A stretch of DNA of 64,000 bases from a virus. Lineage: Duplodnaviria; Heunggongvirae; Uroviricota; Caudoviricetes. Made by a program: the position numbers and the translations under genes. The stretch lies in the IMG/VR virus record IMGVR_UViG_2639762884_000001; one strand, given 5' to 3'. Position 1 is the first letter of the stretch. The number at the start of each line of letters is the position of its first letter. Positions 1-9,942 of the stretch are shown here, in pieces. The notes below the pieces were generated by a model. The model did not search any database. It was not told the origin of the DNA and saw only the letters and a list, made by a program, of their open reading frames with translations.

Positions 1-2574
1 CGAGCATTAAAAACTGGTGAGGGTGTTAATTACGTATCTAACTCTGCCGGTGTTATTACTCACAAAGAGTCGAAGGCTGACATCGAAGCACGCCTGAAAA
101 AAAATCAGGAAGAGTATCAAAAGATAACCGGCACGATAGCTCTTGGTGACGGCGCTGTAGCAAAGCGTTTGGCTAAAGAGGCTGCCGAATCTCAGATTGA
201 GAAAATTCGAGCGGAAAACCAGATTTTTGCGGCAACATTCGTGAAAGCCCGGCAGGAGGCTCTGGACAAGATCCAGAAAATCAATGATGACGGTTCACTT
301 TCAGATGACGAAAAGAACAAGCTATTGGCACCGTTACGTGAAACGGTAAACAAAAGCTATCTGGAGCCTGCGCAAAAACTGGTTGATTCACTTTCTTCTC
401 GTAAGAATGCCACCGAGAAGCAAATAGCGACTCTTAATGATCAGCTTGAAAAAGCCAAAAAGGATGGAAATACCGAGCAAATCCAGAAACTGCAAGGCAG
501 TATCCGTGGTTATCAGGAGCATTTGGAAGCCGTTGCTCAGGAGCTGACTCAGGCAGAGTTCGAGAGAGATAACGCTGCCAAAACTGGTAAGGGCGTAATG
601 TCAAACCAGGGGACTGTTCTTGGGTTAGGTACAACTGATAAAGCTGCTCAGAAGGCGTTGGCGCAATATATGCGAAACCAGATGGATTCTGCGACTTATC
701 AGCGTACTTTGCCTGACGGCACTCCGATGATGGACTTCGAAGGTAAGCCGATTATTGGGCCTAAACAACTCAAGACGCAGCTTAATTTGCAGAAAGCATC
801 CAGCGCCAGCTCTCTGGAGAAAATGAGCGATGAAGAGCGTGCCGCAGCCATTGCTGCACTAACTAAAGCTCGTGAACAGGATGCAGCAGCTGCCGAGAAA
901 GCAGCCCAACGATCAGCTAACGCCTCGCAGCGTGCGGCCAAGAAGGAACAGGCAGCGCAACAGAAACTGGCAGCCGGATACCAGAAGGCTCTGGACAAAG
1001 CCGATCAGCTTATGGGGCAAATGGGTGAAAGCTCTAAGGCTACGGTATCGTTTGATCAGTCTCTTCGCGATACAACGAAATCGCTGACAGATTTGGCTAA
1101 TGCGGTTCCTAACGAGTTCATCACTCAAGAGATGATCGACAAGGCGAAAAAACGTCTTGAGGACCTCAAAAATGCGACACCTGAATATCGCGAGATGTTT
1201 AATCGCCGCAATGTTGAGCAGATGATCTCCACTTGGGCACCGGAGGCGGATTCCATTATTAGTGCTGGCTATACGCCGTCTCGCGAAGAGAAAGTTGCTG
1301 ATTTCGAAGACACCTACAACCGCAATCTCAAAGCGTTGATAGAACTTCGTGATAAGGCGTCTGATCCTAAAGTCGTGGCGCTTTATACAAAGAAAATCAA
1401 TCAACTGATTGCTGCTGGCAATACCGCGCTTATTAAAGAGACGGGGACTGCGACGCAGAAGTTGGCACTGGAATACGAAAACTTGGCAGAGCAGATCGAA
1501 AGCACCTGGACTGATTTGTTTAGTGGCTTAACTGATGTCCTGACTGATTTCGTTATTAACGGGAAGATGAGCTTCTCCAGCCTATCTCAGTCCATTTTGA
1601 AAGATATCACCAATATGGTCGTGAAGTCGCAAATCACGCTGCCTCTAATGAACATGTTGGGGATGGGAACCACCGCAGCTGGTAGTTCACAGAGTGGCAA
1701 TTTGCTCACTGGAGTTGCTTCTGCCGTTGCCAATCAAGGTGTACGAATGGGCAACACTGTTAATGGCGACAAGTCGGTAGGAGAAGCCACGAAGGAGACG
1801 TCCAGTTCGGTAACTGGATTGGGGCAAACAACACAGCAGACCACCAGCGCAATTGGCACAGCAACAAATGCGATTGGTAGCTGGGTATCGGGGCTATTTG
1901 ATAGCACCGAAGCCAAAGATGCTGAGACAAAAGCAGTGAAGGACTCCATCTTCTCGATGCAGAACCTCAGCTCTGTTACCGGCGCTCTGTCTGCCGCGTT
2001 TGCAATGCTTGGAGCTAATGCTTCCGGCTCTGGTAATAAGTGGTTGAATTTCGGCGCGACAGTTGCATCTGGTTTGGTTTCAGTATGGGCTGGTGGTGGA
2101 TTCGATGGATTGATGTCCGGTTCTTCTGGCTCAACTTCCGGGTTCAACAATCTGACCAGTTCTGCTGCCGATGGCACGAATGGTATTCCTGCAATTCCGA
2201 AGTTTGCAAATGGTGGCATATTCGGAAAAGACGGCGTGATCCCGCTCCGGGCATACCAGAAAGGCGGTATCGCCAACTCACCTCAATTGGCGTTGTTTGG
2301 GGAAGGCGATATGAATGAGGCGTATGTTCCATTGCCTGATGGTCGAACAATCCCTGTAACGCTCAGTACCGATGGTATGAGTGGAGGAGGAAATGTTCTT
2401 TCTCCGGTATCAATTGAGATCAACGTCCATAGTGACGGTAGCACAACTGAATCCGGCGATACAGAAAGCATATGGAACAATGCCGCTCAACGGATGAAAG
2501 CAATCGCGCTTGAGACTATCGCTCAAGAGAAACGCCCTGGCGGATCACTCAACCCAAACACTCAACGTAACTAA
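1..2574 (+). CDS. Tail tape measure protein, C-terminal part (5' end lies upstream of the window)
   Basis: Frame is open from base 1 with no stop before the track ORF at 169; long coiled-coil-like K/E/Q/A-rich region followed by Gly/Ser-rich C-terminus; sits immediately upstream of M-L-K-I-J-like genes as in lambda gpH. Confidence 0.75.
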   Translation, partial: RALKTGEGVNYVSNSAGVITHKESKADIEARLKKNQEEYQKITGTIALGDGAVAKRLAKEAAESQIEKIRAENQIFAATFVKARQEALDKIQKINDDGSLSDDEKNKLLAPLRETVNKSYLEPAQKLVDSLSSRKNATEKQIATLNDQLEKAKKDGNTEQIQKLQGSIRGYQEHLEAVAQELTQAEFERDNAAKTGKGVMSNQGTVLGLGTTDKAAQKALAQYMRNQMDSATYQRTLPDGTPMMDFEGKPIIGPKQLKTQLNLQKASSASSLEKMSDEERAAAIAALTKAREQDAAAAEKAAQRSANASQRAAKKEQAAQQKLAAGYQKALDKADQLMGQMGESSKATVSFDQSLRDTTKSLTDLANAVPNEFITQEMIDKAKKRLEDLKNATPEYREMFNRRNVEQMISTWAPEADSIISAGYTPSREEKVADFEDTYNRNLKALIELRDKASDPKVVALYTKKINQLIAAGNTALIKETGTATQKLALEYENLAEQIESTWTDLFSGLTDVLTDFVINGKMSFSSLSQSILKDITNMVVKSQITLPLMNMLGMGTTAAGSSQSGNLLTGVASAVANQGVRMGNTVNGDKSVGEATKETSSSVTGLGQTTQQTTSAIGTATNAIGSWVSGLFDSTEAKDAETKAVKDSIFSMQNLSSVTGALSAAFAMLGANASGSGNKWLNFGATVASGLVSVWAGGGFDGLMSGSSGSTSGFNNLTSSAADGTNGIPAIPKFANGGIFGKDGVIPLRAYQKGGIANSPQLALFGEGDMNEAYVPLPDGRTIPVTLSTDGMSGGGNVLSPVSIEINVHSDGSTTESGDTESIWNNAAQRMKAIALETIAQEKRPGGSLNPNTQRN

Positions 2575-2616
2575 CTATCGACTGCCCCGACCGGGGCAGT
2601 CTCACAAGGATGTGAG

Positions 2617-2952
2617 ATGGAAAGACAAACGTTTAATTGGTATCCAGATTACGAATCTGAAAAAAGCGTAAAACCGAATGTAACGGTACTTAATTTTGGT
2701 GATGACTACGAGCAGCGACAGGCTCAAGGTCTTAATCGTATTAAAGAAGAATGGTCGTTAACCTTTACCAGATCATACAACGAAATTAATGCAATCGATG
2801 ACTTCCTGACTGAGCGAGCAGGCGTTGAGTCGTTCTATTGGGTTAATCCAAGAGGAAAACGGATTGTAGTTGTATGTGACAGTCATACGGTCAAGCGATA
2901 TCAGGGGTACTGTGTCTTAACAGCTACATTCAGACAAGTATTTGAGGCTTAA
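2617..2952 (+). CDS. Minor tail protein, lambda gpM-like
   Basis: 111-aa ORF in the gpM position directly after the tape measure; size and synteny match lambda M. Confidence 0.65.
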   Translation: MERQTFNWYPDYESEKSVKPNVTVLNFGDDYEQRQAQGLNRIKEEWSLTFTRSYNEINAIDDFLTERAGVESFYWVNPRGKRIVVVCDSHTVKRYQGYCVLTATFRQVFEA

Positions 2953-3001
2953 GTATCTAGATAAGTAAGTACTAATTTACTATCATTGTGGCGCTGACAG
3001 G

Positions 3002-3733
3002 ATGTTAGCGCCTACTTATTTCAAGGATGAAACAATGGGAATTAAAGCTGATATTCAGAGCTTATCTCCCTCTGCACTCATTGAGTTGTTCGTACTGGAT
3101 ATGTCGAACACAACTTCAGGGGGGAAGCTATTCTTCCACGCCGGAACAAACGAACTGATGCAACCGGTCGTCTGGCAAGGAGTGACATACGAGCCGTGGC
3201 CAATCAAAGCATCAGGCTTTGACAAAACTGGCCAGGGAACGTTGCCACGTCCAAAAATTCAGGTATCGAACTTTGCCGGAACTGTCTCTGCGGAAGTTCA
3301 GGCAAACGACGATCTTGTTGGCTGCCGCATTATTCGCAAGATGACGCTGGCTCGCTTCCTCGATGCCGTTAATTTTAAAGACGGCAACCCAACAGCAGAT
3401 CCAAACCAACATTTCCCGGATGAAATGTGGTTTATCGAACAGAAAACTCTCGAAACTCATCAGGTTGTCGAGTTTGAATTGTCCAGTGTGTTCGATTTGA
3501 TGGGGGTGCAACTGCCGTATCGTCAGATCATTAAAAACACCTGCCCGTGGAAATACCGAGGGCCAGAATGCGGCTATACCGGTCCATATTTCGACAAAAA
3601 TAACCAGCAGACGTCTATGTCTGGTGCGGATTACTGCACAAAACGTTATGACGCCTGTAATGCGCGTCGGAATTATTTTGCCGACGGTGTGATCCATTTT
3701 GGCGGATTTATTGGAGCTACGCGGTATGGGTAA
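3002..3733 (+). CDS. Minor tail protein, lambda gpL-like
   Basis: 243 aa; C-terminal cysteine cluster (CPWKYRGPECGYTG...YCTKRYDACNARRNYF) as in the gpL Fe-S motif; synteny. Confidence 0.75.
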   Translation: MLAPTYFKDETMGIKADIQSLSPSALIELFVLDMSNTTSGGKLFFHAGTNELMQPVVWQGVTYEPWPIKASGFDKTGQGTLPRPKIQVSNFAGTVSAEVQANDDLVGCRIIRKMTLARFLDAVNFKDGNPTADPNQHFPDEMWFIEQKTLETHQVVEFELSSVFDLMGVQLPYRQIIKNTCPWKYRGPECGYTGPYFDKNNQQTSMSGADYCTKRYDACNARRNYFADGVIHFGGFIGATRYG

Positions 3734-4523
3734 TAAAGCAATCCCTGAGCTTGGCTCTGACGTTATGCAGCAAATCTATCTCTGCGCCATAAATCGCTAC
3801 CCTAATGAAGCGTGTGGCTTTCTGGTTAGAACTAATGGCGACAAATATCGCTTTATGGAAGCGCGGAATGTTTCGGAGAACCCGCAGAACACTTTTGTAA
3901 TGCACGTTGACGACATTATGGCGGCAGAGGATGCGGGTGATGTTATCGCAATCTGGCATTCACATACTGATGAATCAGCAGAAGCATCTGATGCCGATCG
4001 TGCAGGCTGCGAAGCGACGGAAGTTCCGTGGATGATTCTGGCTATTCGCAAGAATGTTGAGGGAGATGCCCCTTTCCATTTTAGCGAGATGAATGTGATC
4101 ACACCTGATGGTTTCGAAATGCCATACCTGGGCAGACCGTATGTATTTGGCGTATTCGATTGCTGGATGTTGTGTCGGGACTATTTGAAGCGTGAGTTTA
4201 ACGTCGAACTAAACCCGAACGCACACCTGCATATTCCATCGTGGTACACCGGCGATAACGACATTCTCGACCAGAACTACCGAAACGAAGGATTGGTACG
4301 GCTTGCGCCCGGAACAGAACCTCAACGTGGGGACATCTTCTTTATCCAATACGGGAAAATGCCCGACCACTGCGCGGTTTATATCGGCGATGGAATGATT
4401 CTTCATCACCAGATCGACCGCCTTAGTTGTCGTGCTTATTACGGCGGAATGTATCAGAAACATACGACGCATCACTTGCGTCACAGAGACTTGCTCAAGG
4501 GAGATGAGACGTGTCTGAGTTAG
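3699..4523 (+). CDS. Tail assembly protein, lambda gpK-like (JAMM/MPN plus NlpC/P60 domains)
   Basis: JAMM-like motif IWHSHTDESAEASDAD; downstream Cys/His pair (FDCWMLC ... HH) typical of NlpC/P60; overlaps L and I ORFs as in lambda. Confidence 0.75.
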   Translation: MADLLELRGMGNKAIPELGSDVMQQIYLCAINRYPNEACGFLVRTNGDKYRFMEARNVSENPQNTFVMHVDDIMAAEDAGDVIAIWHSHTDESAEASDADRAGCEATEVPWMILAIRKNVEGDAPFHFSEMNVITPDGFEMPYLGRPYVFGVFDCWMLCRDYLKREFNVELNPNAHLHIPSWYTGDNDILDQNYRNEGLVRLAPGTEPQRGDIFFIQYGKMPDHCAVYIGDGMILHHQIDRLSCRAYYGGMYQKHTTHHLRHRDLLKGDETCLS

Positions 4524-5104
4524 TTCATGTGCAGCTTGGCGGCCCTATGGCCAAACATTTTGGCCGCCACTGGCATCTAAAGGTGCGCAATACAAAACAG
4601 GCTCTGGATTTAATTGAGGCCAACAAGCCTGGGTTTAAAGCATGGATGAAGCGCAATATCAAAACCTATGACCGTTACCACATCCAGATCACCAATAAAC
4701 AGGGCCACAAGTGGTCTGTTGACGAAAGTGAATATCAGATGATGGGGCAGTCTGACAACATTGCCAAAATCCGCATTACACCTGTTCCGCGAGGAAGCGG
4801 TGGATCTGCTTTTGGGTGGTTTCAGACGGTAGTAGGGGCCGCTTTGTTGGTTGTATCGGCGGTAGTGATGCCTGCTTTAGCACCTCTCGGTTTGTCACTG
4901 ATGATGGGCGGCATATCACAAATCATATCGCCGCAAGCCACTAACGAAAGTGTGAGACAGGCAGATAACTCGAACTCTTATTATTTCGACGGCCCTCAAA
5001 ATACAGAAAACCAGGGCAACCCAGTACAACTTATCTATGGCGAGGAAATTCTGGTTGGCTCACAGGTTGTGAGTTCTTCAATCACGATTGACCAGCTAAT
5101 GTAA
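4511..5104 (+). CDS. Tail assembly protein, lambda gpI-like
   Basis: 197 aa with hydrophobic central segment, in the gpI position between K-like and J-like genes. Confidence 0.6.
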   Translation: MSELVHVQLGGPMAKHFGRHWHLKVRNTKQALDLIEANKPGFKAWMKRNIKTYDRYHIQITNKQGHKWSVDESEYQMMGQSDNIAKIRITPVPRGSGGSAFGWFQTVVGAALLVVSAVVMPALAPLGLSLMMGGISQIISPQATNESVRQADNSNSYYFDGPQNTENQGNPVQLIYGEEILVGSQVVSSSITIDQLM

Positions 5105-5115
5105 ACAAGGATTTT

Positions 5116-8100
5116 TTGAACATGGAACAGTTCAAGAAGAAAAAGCTACCGCTGTTTATTGCCGGTGCGGGTGGTAAAAAAAGCAGCAAAAGCTCCAGCC
5201 GTACACCGGTTGAAGCCGACGATACCGTAAATTCTCGTGCAATGGCCGCTATCCTCGATCTTCTTGGGGAAGGGGTAATTGGCGGCTTAGTAAATGGCGC
5301 AAGATCTATTTTTATCGACGATCTGCCGATTGTAAATGAAGACGGTTCCTCCAACTTCAGCGGAATCACATGGGATTTTCGCGACGGTTCGCAAGACCAA
5401 ACTCCAATGTCTGGCTTTGATTTCGTTGAAACGCCTAAATCCGTCAATATCCAGTTAAAAAAAACACATTATGTAACGGTTTCAATCGATAACGATGAAG
5501 CTGATCGGGTTCGTGTCATCATGAAGTTTCCTTCTTTGCGAAGCATAGATAAAAAAACTGGTGACACGAACGGTACGACTGTTGAGTACAAGTTCCAGAT
5601 AGCAAATGGCGACTCAACATTTGTAGATGTGGTCGCGGAAGGTGAAAAAAGCGTTGGCATTAAGCTAACAGCAAAGAAGACCGGCGTTTATTACCGTAGC
5701 TACGAGCTGAAGCTGCCTAAGCCTGGACGCGCATACAAGGTTCGTGTAGTCCGTATTACCGATGATAACAGTAGCCAGTATCTCTATAACGATACATGGG
5801 TGGATTCAATCGGGGAAATTGTCGATACACCGATGAACTATCCAAACTCTGTTTTGGTTGGATTGAAGGTAAACTCTGAGCAATTCGGCAGCACCATGCC
5901 ATCTCGCTCTTATCTGGTGCGTGGCCTAAAAATTCGAGTACCTTCAAACTATAACGAGTCCAGTAACACTTACGCTGGGGTATGGGATGGCACTTTTAAG
6001 CTGTTGTCTTCTTCGAACCCCGCGTGGATTCTCTTTGATTTGCTGACCAATGCTCGATATGGCCTTGGTCAGTATGTGTCGGAATCTATGATTGACCTTG
6101 GCCAGTTGTACCAGATTGGTCGATATTGTGACGAAGAGGTCGATGATGGCTTTGGTGGCAAAGAGAAACGCTTTGCAATCAATACGCAGATCACCAGTCG
6201 ACAGGACGCATACCGACTAATTCAGGATATTGCTGGAGCATTCCGCGGCATGGTGTTTTGGGCTGGTGGGATGGTTAACATCATGCAGGATAGCCCATCA
6301 GATCCGGTAATGATGTTTACCAACTCTAACGTCAAAGATGGATTGTTTACCTATAAAGGTTCTGCGCGTAAAGATCGCCCATCCGTTGCGCTCGTAACCT
6401 ACAACAACAAGGAGGACGGTTATAAGCAAAACATCGAGTACGTTGAAGATCAGGACGCAATGCGCCGTTATGGTGAGCGTAAGACAGAAGTCGTAGCATT
6501 TGGCTGTACAAGCCGAGGGCAGGCTCACCGAGTTGGTTTGTGGCTTTTATATACCGCCAGAATGGAGTCGGATGTAATTACATTTACTGCCGGCTTAGAC
6601 GCGTCATTTCTGATGCCTGGTGAAACCGTTCTGATTCAGAACAAATATCGCGCAGGCAAACGTAACTCAGGTCGAATTGTGGCGTTTACCAAAAACAGCG
6701 TCACACTCGATGCGCCTGTTTCGTTAGCCAAAGGCGGCTGCTTTATTCGAATACTGAATCAGGAAGGCAAAATCGTTGAACGCGATGTTCTTGAAACTGG
6801 CGAAAATATAACAAAAGTTACGTTTTCAAAATCCCTGTCTTCGGCTGAAACGCCTGTTTTGAACGGCGTCTGGACTATTACAGAACCAGACCTCGAACCT
6901 ATGCGCGTTCGCATCGTTAACATCGCGCAGGGGGAAACGCCGGGTAGCTTTGACATCACCGCTGTTGAGAACAATCCGTCTAAATATGAGGCGATCGACA
7001 ATGGTGCAACGCTTATCCCGCAAAATACGACGGTATTGGACCCGACTTACTCCAAGCCGTCTAATTTGCAAATCACCGAAGGGACTTATCTCTCAAGCCC
7101 TGGCAACCTGTCAGTAAAACTGACTGCAACATGGGAAGGGAAATCTCCAGAGTATTGGATCAGTTGGCGACGTTCTGATGAAAACAATGTATCGAACTGG
7201 CAATCGGCGCGTGTAACCGAAGAGCAATACGAAATCGTTAATGTTGCGGAGAATGGACGCTACGACTTCCAGCTGTATGCGGTTTCATTCAACGGTAAAA
7301 AAACAGAGATTATCAGTACCGTTTATCAGGTGCTGGGCACAATGACACCGCCAGATGCCCCAACGTCATTAACGGCCGTTGGAGACTATCGTAATGTGAT
7401 ACTGAATTGGGTTAATCCAGATTCGGTAGACCTTGATCACATTAATGTTTACGCATCCCAGACCAACAATCTGGATACGGCGAAACTGATCGCAGAGTCT
7501 GCAAGCACCACCTTTACACATGCTGGTCTTGGGGATAGCGAAACGTGGTATTACTGGGTTCGAGCATCGAACAAGCGAGGTATGTTAAGTCCTCCGAACT
7601 CAAACTTGGGTACAGAGGCGACAACTCGCGATGTACTGTCGTTCCTGACTGGCAAAATTACATCTTCCGAGCTTGGTCAGGCTCTGCTTGAGGACATCAA
7701 CAGCAAAGCCTCTCAAGAAGCAGTTGACGAGTTAAATGAGCATATCAACCAGAGCGTCGAATCTTTGGAGGGGTCGGTAAACGACGTTAAGGAAGATATA
7801 GCTGAATTAGATAAGCAGTTCAGCGATAACCTCGCGGATTTTGAAATAAAATTCAACGAGCGTAGCGATGCTTTGGAGAACGCACAAACCGAGCTTAAAG
7901 GTGAGGTTTCGGCAACGATCGACAAGGTCAATGAAGCGTTTGAAAAAATTGATGCTACTGATGCTGCAATTGTTGAAATCGAAAACACCGTATCTGAACA
8001 CGATAAAGCTCTCGCTAATACAGTCGAGGCAATAAAGGCTGCAAGAGATGAAGCGGCGGCTCTTATTGCTAAGGAAAGCGAGGCTCGTGTTGAAGGCGAT

Positions 8101-9849
8101 GCTGCAAACGCTAAACAACTGGAAGTGTTGCAGTCAACGGTAGAGGAAAGCTCCGCTGCCGTTGAAGAAATGAAAAAGACGGTTGCAGAGGTCGATCGTG
8201 CAAGTGCAGAACTGACTACGAACATTGAGGCGTTAGCCAAAACAAATATTGACCTGGCTCTTCGTCAAGATGAAGACCAGCACAAGCAGATGGTCAATAA
8301 CGCGAAGATCGCAACAACACAGAAAACCTTTGCTGATGATATGTCTGCAATGGCCACGAAGGTTGAGGAAATTCGCGTAGAAATTGGCGAAGACATTAAG
8401 GCCAGTATTCTGGAAGAGTCCACCGCTCGTGCCGATGGCGATGAAGCGTTGGCAAAGCGTGTCACTCAGCTGCAATCTAAGTTTGAAGGAGATATCAGCG
8501 CGGCGATTAGTACAGAGCAGGAGGCTCGTACATCTGCCGATGAAGCTCTGACGACACAGATCACTCAGCTTGAGTCGAAAGTAAGCAACGATATCGTCGC
8601 AGCTATTAAGGAAGAGCAAGAAGCCCGAGCAACGGAAGATTCGGCTCTGGCAAGCCAGATCACCCAACTTCAGGCAAAGGTTGATGATGATATTTCTGCT
8701 GCAATACGTAGTGAGCAGGAGGCCCGAGCAAGCGGGGACTCTGCGTTAGCCAAACAAATAAACCAGCTTCAGTCAAAGGTTGACGGTGATATATCCGCGG
8801 CCATCACTCAGGAGCAGGAGGCCAGAGCAAGTGCTGACCAGGCGCTCTCACGAGAAATTAACAGCCTGCGAGCACAAACCGGAACTGATATTGCCGCAGC
8901 GGTTGCTGTAGAGACAAAAGCAAGGACTGATGCCGATAGTGCATTGTCTACCCAGATTACGTCTCTTACAGCAAAAGCTAATGATCTCGAGGCGTCTCTT
9001 GCCAGAGAAACAACGGCTCGTGCAGATGGTGATACCGCTTTAACAAAAGAGGTTTCAAGTTTAAAAGCACAGACAGCGAAAGATATTAGTGCGGCCGTTG
9101 CAGTTGAAACGCAGGCTCGAACTGATGCTGACTCGGCGTTGTCGTCTCAGATCACCAAGCTGACCTCTCAATACAAAGAGGATATTAAAGCGGCTGTAGC
9201 AACCGAAACGAAAACGCGTACAGAGCAAGATGCTGCATTGGCGACTCAAATCACAAACTTAGAGTCTCAAACGGCAGCCAACATTTCCGCGGCGGTCACA
9301 ACTGAAACGACAGCGAGAACGCAGGCAGATAATGCTCTGAGTGGGCGAATCGATACTCTGAAAGCAGAGGTGGATGGAAATACCGCGACAATTCAACAGC
9401 AGGCAACAGCTATTGCTGATACCAACAAAAAAGTGTCAACCGCGTGGACGTTGAAAATGGAGACTTCAACGAGCGGAGGGCAGAAGTATGTTGCCGGTAT
9501 TGCGCTTGGTATTGACACCACTGGGCTATCTCAGTTTTTGGTTCAGGCGGACAGGTTTGGTTTGGTCAACTCTGTTAACGGGAAGATCACAACGCCATTT
9601 GTTATCGAAAACAGTATCGCCTATATGAATGGAGCGTATATCAAGGATGGCACAATCACCAATGCAAAAGTAGGCGATCTGCAATCTACCAATTTTGTTA
9701 GCGGTAGATCTGGATGGCGGTTCGGCAAAAATGGAACGCTTGAGATCAACGGTAATAGCGGCGGCAATGGGCGATTGGTTATAAATGGTCAGCGGATTGA
9801 CGTTTATGACGATAACAACGTCCTACGAGTAAGAATTGGCCGTCTGTGA
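5116..9849 (+). CDS. Central tail fibre / host specificity protein, lambda gpJ-like
   Basis: 1577-aa ORF following I; N-terminal region colinear with J-type tip proteins; contains a long internal tandem-repeat coiled-coil insertion. Confidence 0.8.
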   Translation: MNMEQFKKKKLPLFIAGAGGKKSSKSSSRTPVEADDTVNSRAMAAILDLLGEGVIGGLVNGARSIFIDDLPIVNEDGSSNFSGITWDFRDGSQDQTPMSGFDFVETPKSVNIQLKKTHYVTVSIDNDEADRVRVIMKFPSLRSIDKKTGDTNGTTVEYKFQIANGDSTFVDVVAEGEKSVGIKLTAKKTGVYYRSYELKLPKPGRAYKVRVVRITDDNSSQYLYNDTWVDSIGEIVDTPMNYPNSVLVGLKVNSEQFGSTMPSRSYLVRGLKIRVPSNYNESSNTYAGVWDGTFKLLSSSNPAWILFDLLTNARYGLGQYVSESMIDLGQLYQIGRYCDEEVDDGFGGKEKRFAINTQITSRQDAYRLIQDIAGAFRGMVFWAGGMVNIMQDSPSDPVMMFTNSNVKDGLFTYKGSARKDRPSVALVTYNNKEDGYKQNIEYVEDQDAMRRYGERKTEVVAFGCTSRGQAHRVGLWLLYTARMESDVITFTAGLDASFLMPGETVLIQNKYRAGKRNSGRIVAFTKNSVTLDAPVSLAKGGCFIRILNQEGKIVERDVLETGENITKVTFSKSLSSAETPVLNGVWTITEPDLEPMRVRIVNIAQGETPGSFDITAVENNPSKYEAIDNGATLIPQNTTVLDPTYSKPSNLQITEGTYLSSPGNLSVKLTATWEGKSPEYWISWRRSDENNVSNWQSARVTEEQYEIVNVAENGRYDFQLYAVSFNGKKTEIISTVYQVLGTMTPPDAPTSLTAVGDYRNVILNWVNPDSVDLDHINVYASQTNNLDTAKLIAESASTTFTHAGLGDSETWYYWVRASNKRGMLSPPNSNLGTEATTRDVLSFLTGKITSSELGQALLEDINSKASQEAVDELNEHINQSVESLEGSVNDVKEDIAELDKQFSDNLADFEIKFNERSDALENAQTELKGEVSATIDKVNEAFEKIDATDAAIVEIENTVSEHDKALANTVEAIKAARDEAAALIAKESEARVEGDAANAKQLEVLQSTVEESSAAVEEMKKTVAEVDRASAELTTNIEALAKTNIDLALRQDEDQHKQMVNNAKIATTQKTFADDMSAMATKVEEIRVEIGEDIKASILEESTARADGDEALAKRVTQLQSKFEGDISAAISTEQEARTSADEALTTQITQLESKVSNDIVAAIKEEQEARATEDSALASQITQLQAKVDDDISAAIRSEQEARASGDSALAKQINQLQSKVDGDISAAITQEQEARASADQALSREINSLRAQTGTDIAAAVAVETKARTDADSALSTQITSLTAKANDLEASLARETTARADGDTALTKEVSSLKAQTAKDISAAVAVETQARTDADSALSSQITKLTSQYKEDIKAAVATETKTRTEQDAALATQITNLESQTAANISAAVTTETTARTQADNALSGRIDTLKAEVDGNTATIQQQATAIADTNKKVSTAWTLKMETSTSGGQKYVAGIALGIDTTGLSQFLVQADRFGLVNSVNGKITTPFVIENSIAYMNGAYIKDGTITNAKVGDLQSTNFVSGRSGWRFGKNGTLEINGNSGGNGRLVINGQRIDVYDDNNVLRVRIGRL
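8380..9400 (+). repeat. About 12 tandem copies of an ~84-nt (28-aa) repeat inside the J-like gene
   Basis: Protein repeats of the form EQEAR(A/T)SADxAL(S/A)xQITQLQSKVDxDISAAI recur with fixed spacing. Confidence 0.6.
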
Positions 9850-9942
9850 TGGTGGAAAAAAAATTTTATATCGGTAAAAATAGGTAAGTATTTACTTAGT
9901 TGCGGACAAGGATAACCCGCCAAATCAAGGAGCATATTCAAC

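Noticed and set aside
2582-2599. Hairpin ctgcccc-gacc-ggggcag between tape measure and M-like gene as a terminator
   Set aside because: No U-tract, and it lies 18 nt upstream of the next start codon within a tightly packed operon; more likely an mRNA structure affecting translation or processing than a terminator
699-9249. Antisense and alternative-frame ORFs inside the tape measure and J-like genes (for example 913-1404 -, 1734-2276 -, 7713-8240 -, 8233-8667 -)
   Set aside because: Embedded in long, well-supported structural genes, lacking ribosome-binding sites, and with low-complexity translations typical of antisense coiled-coil/repeat DNA
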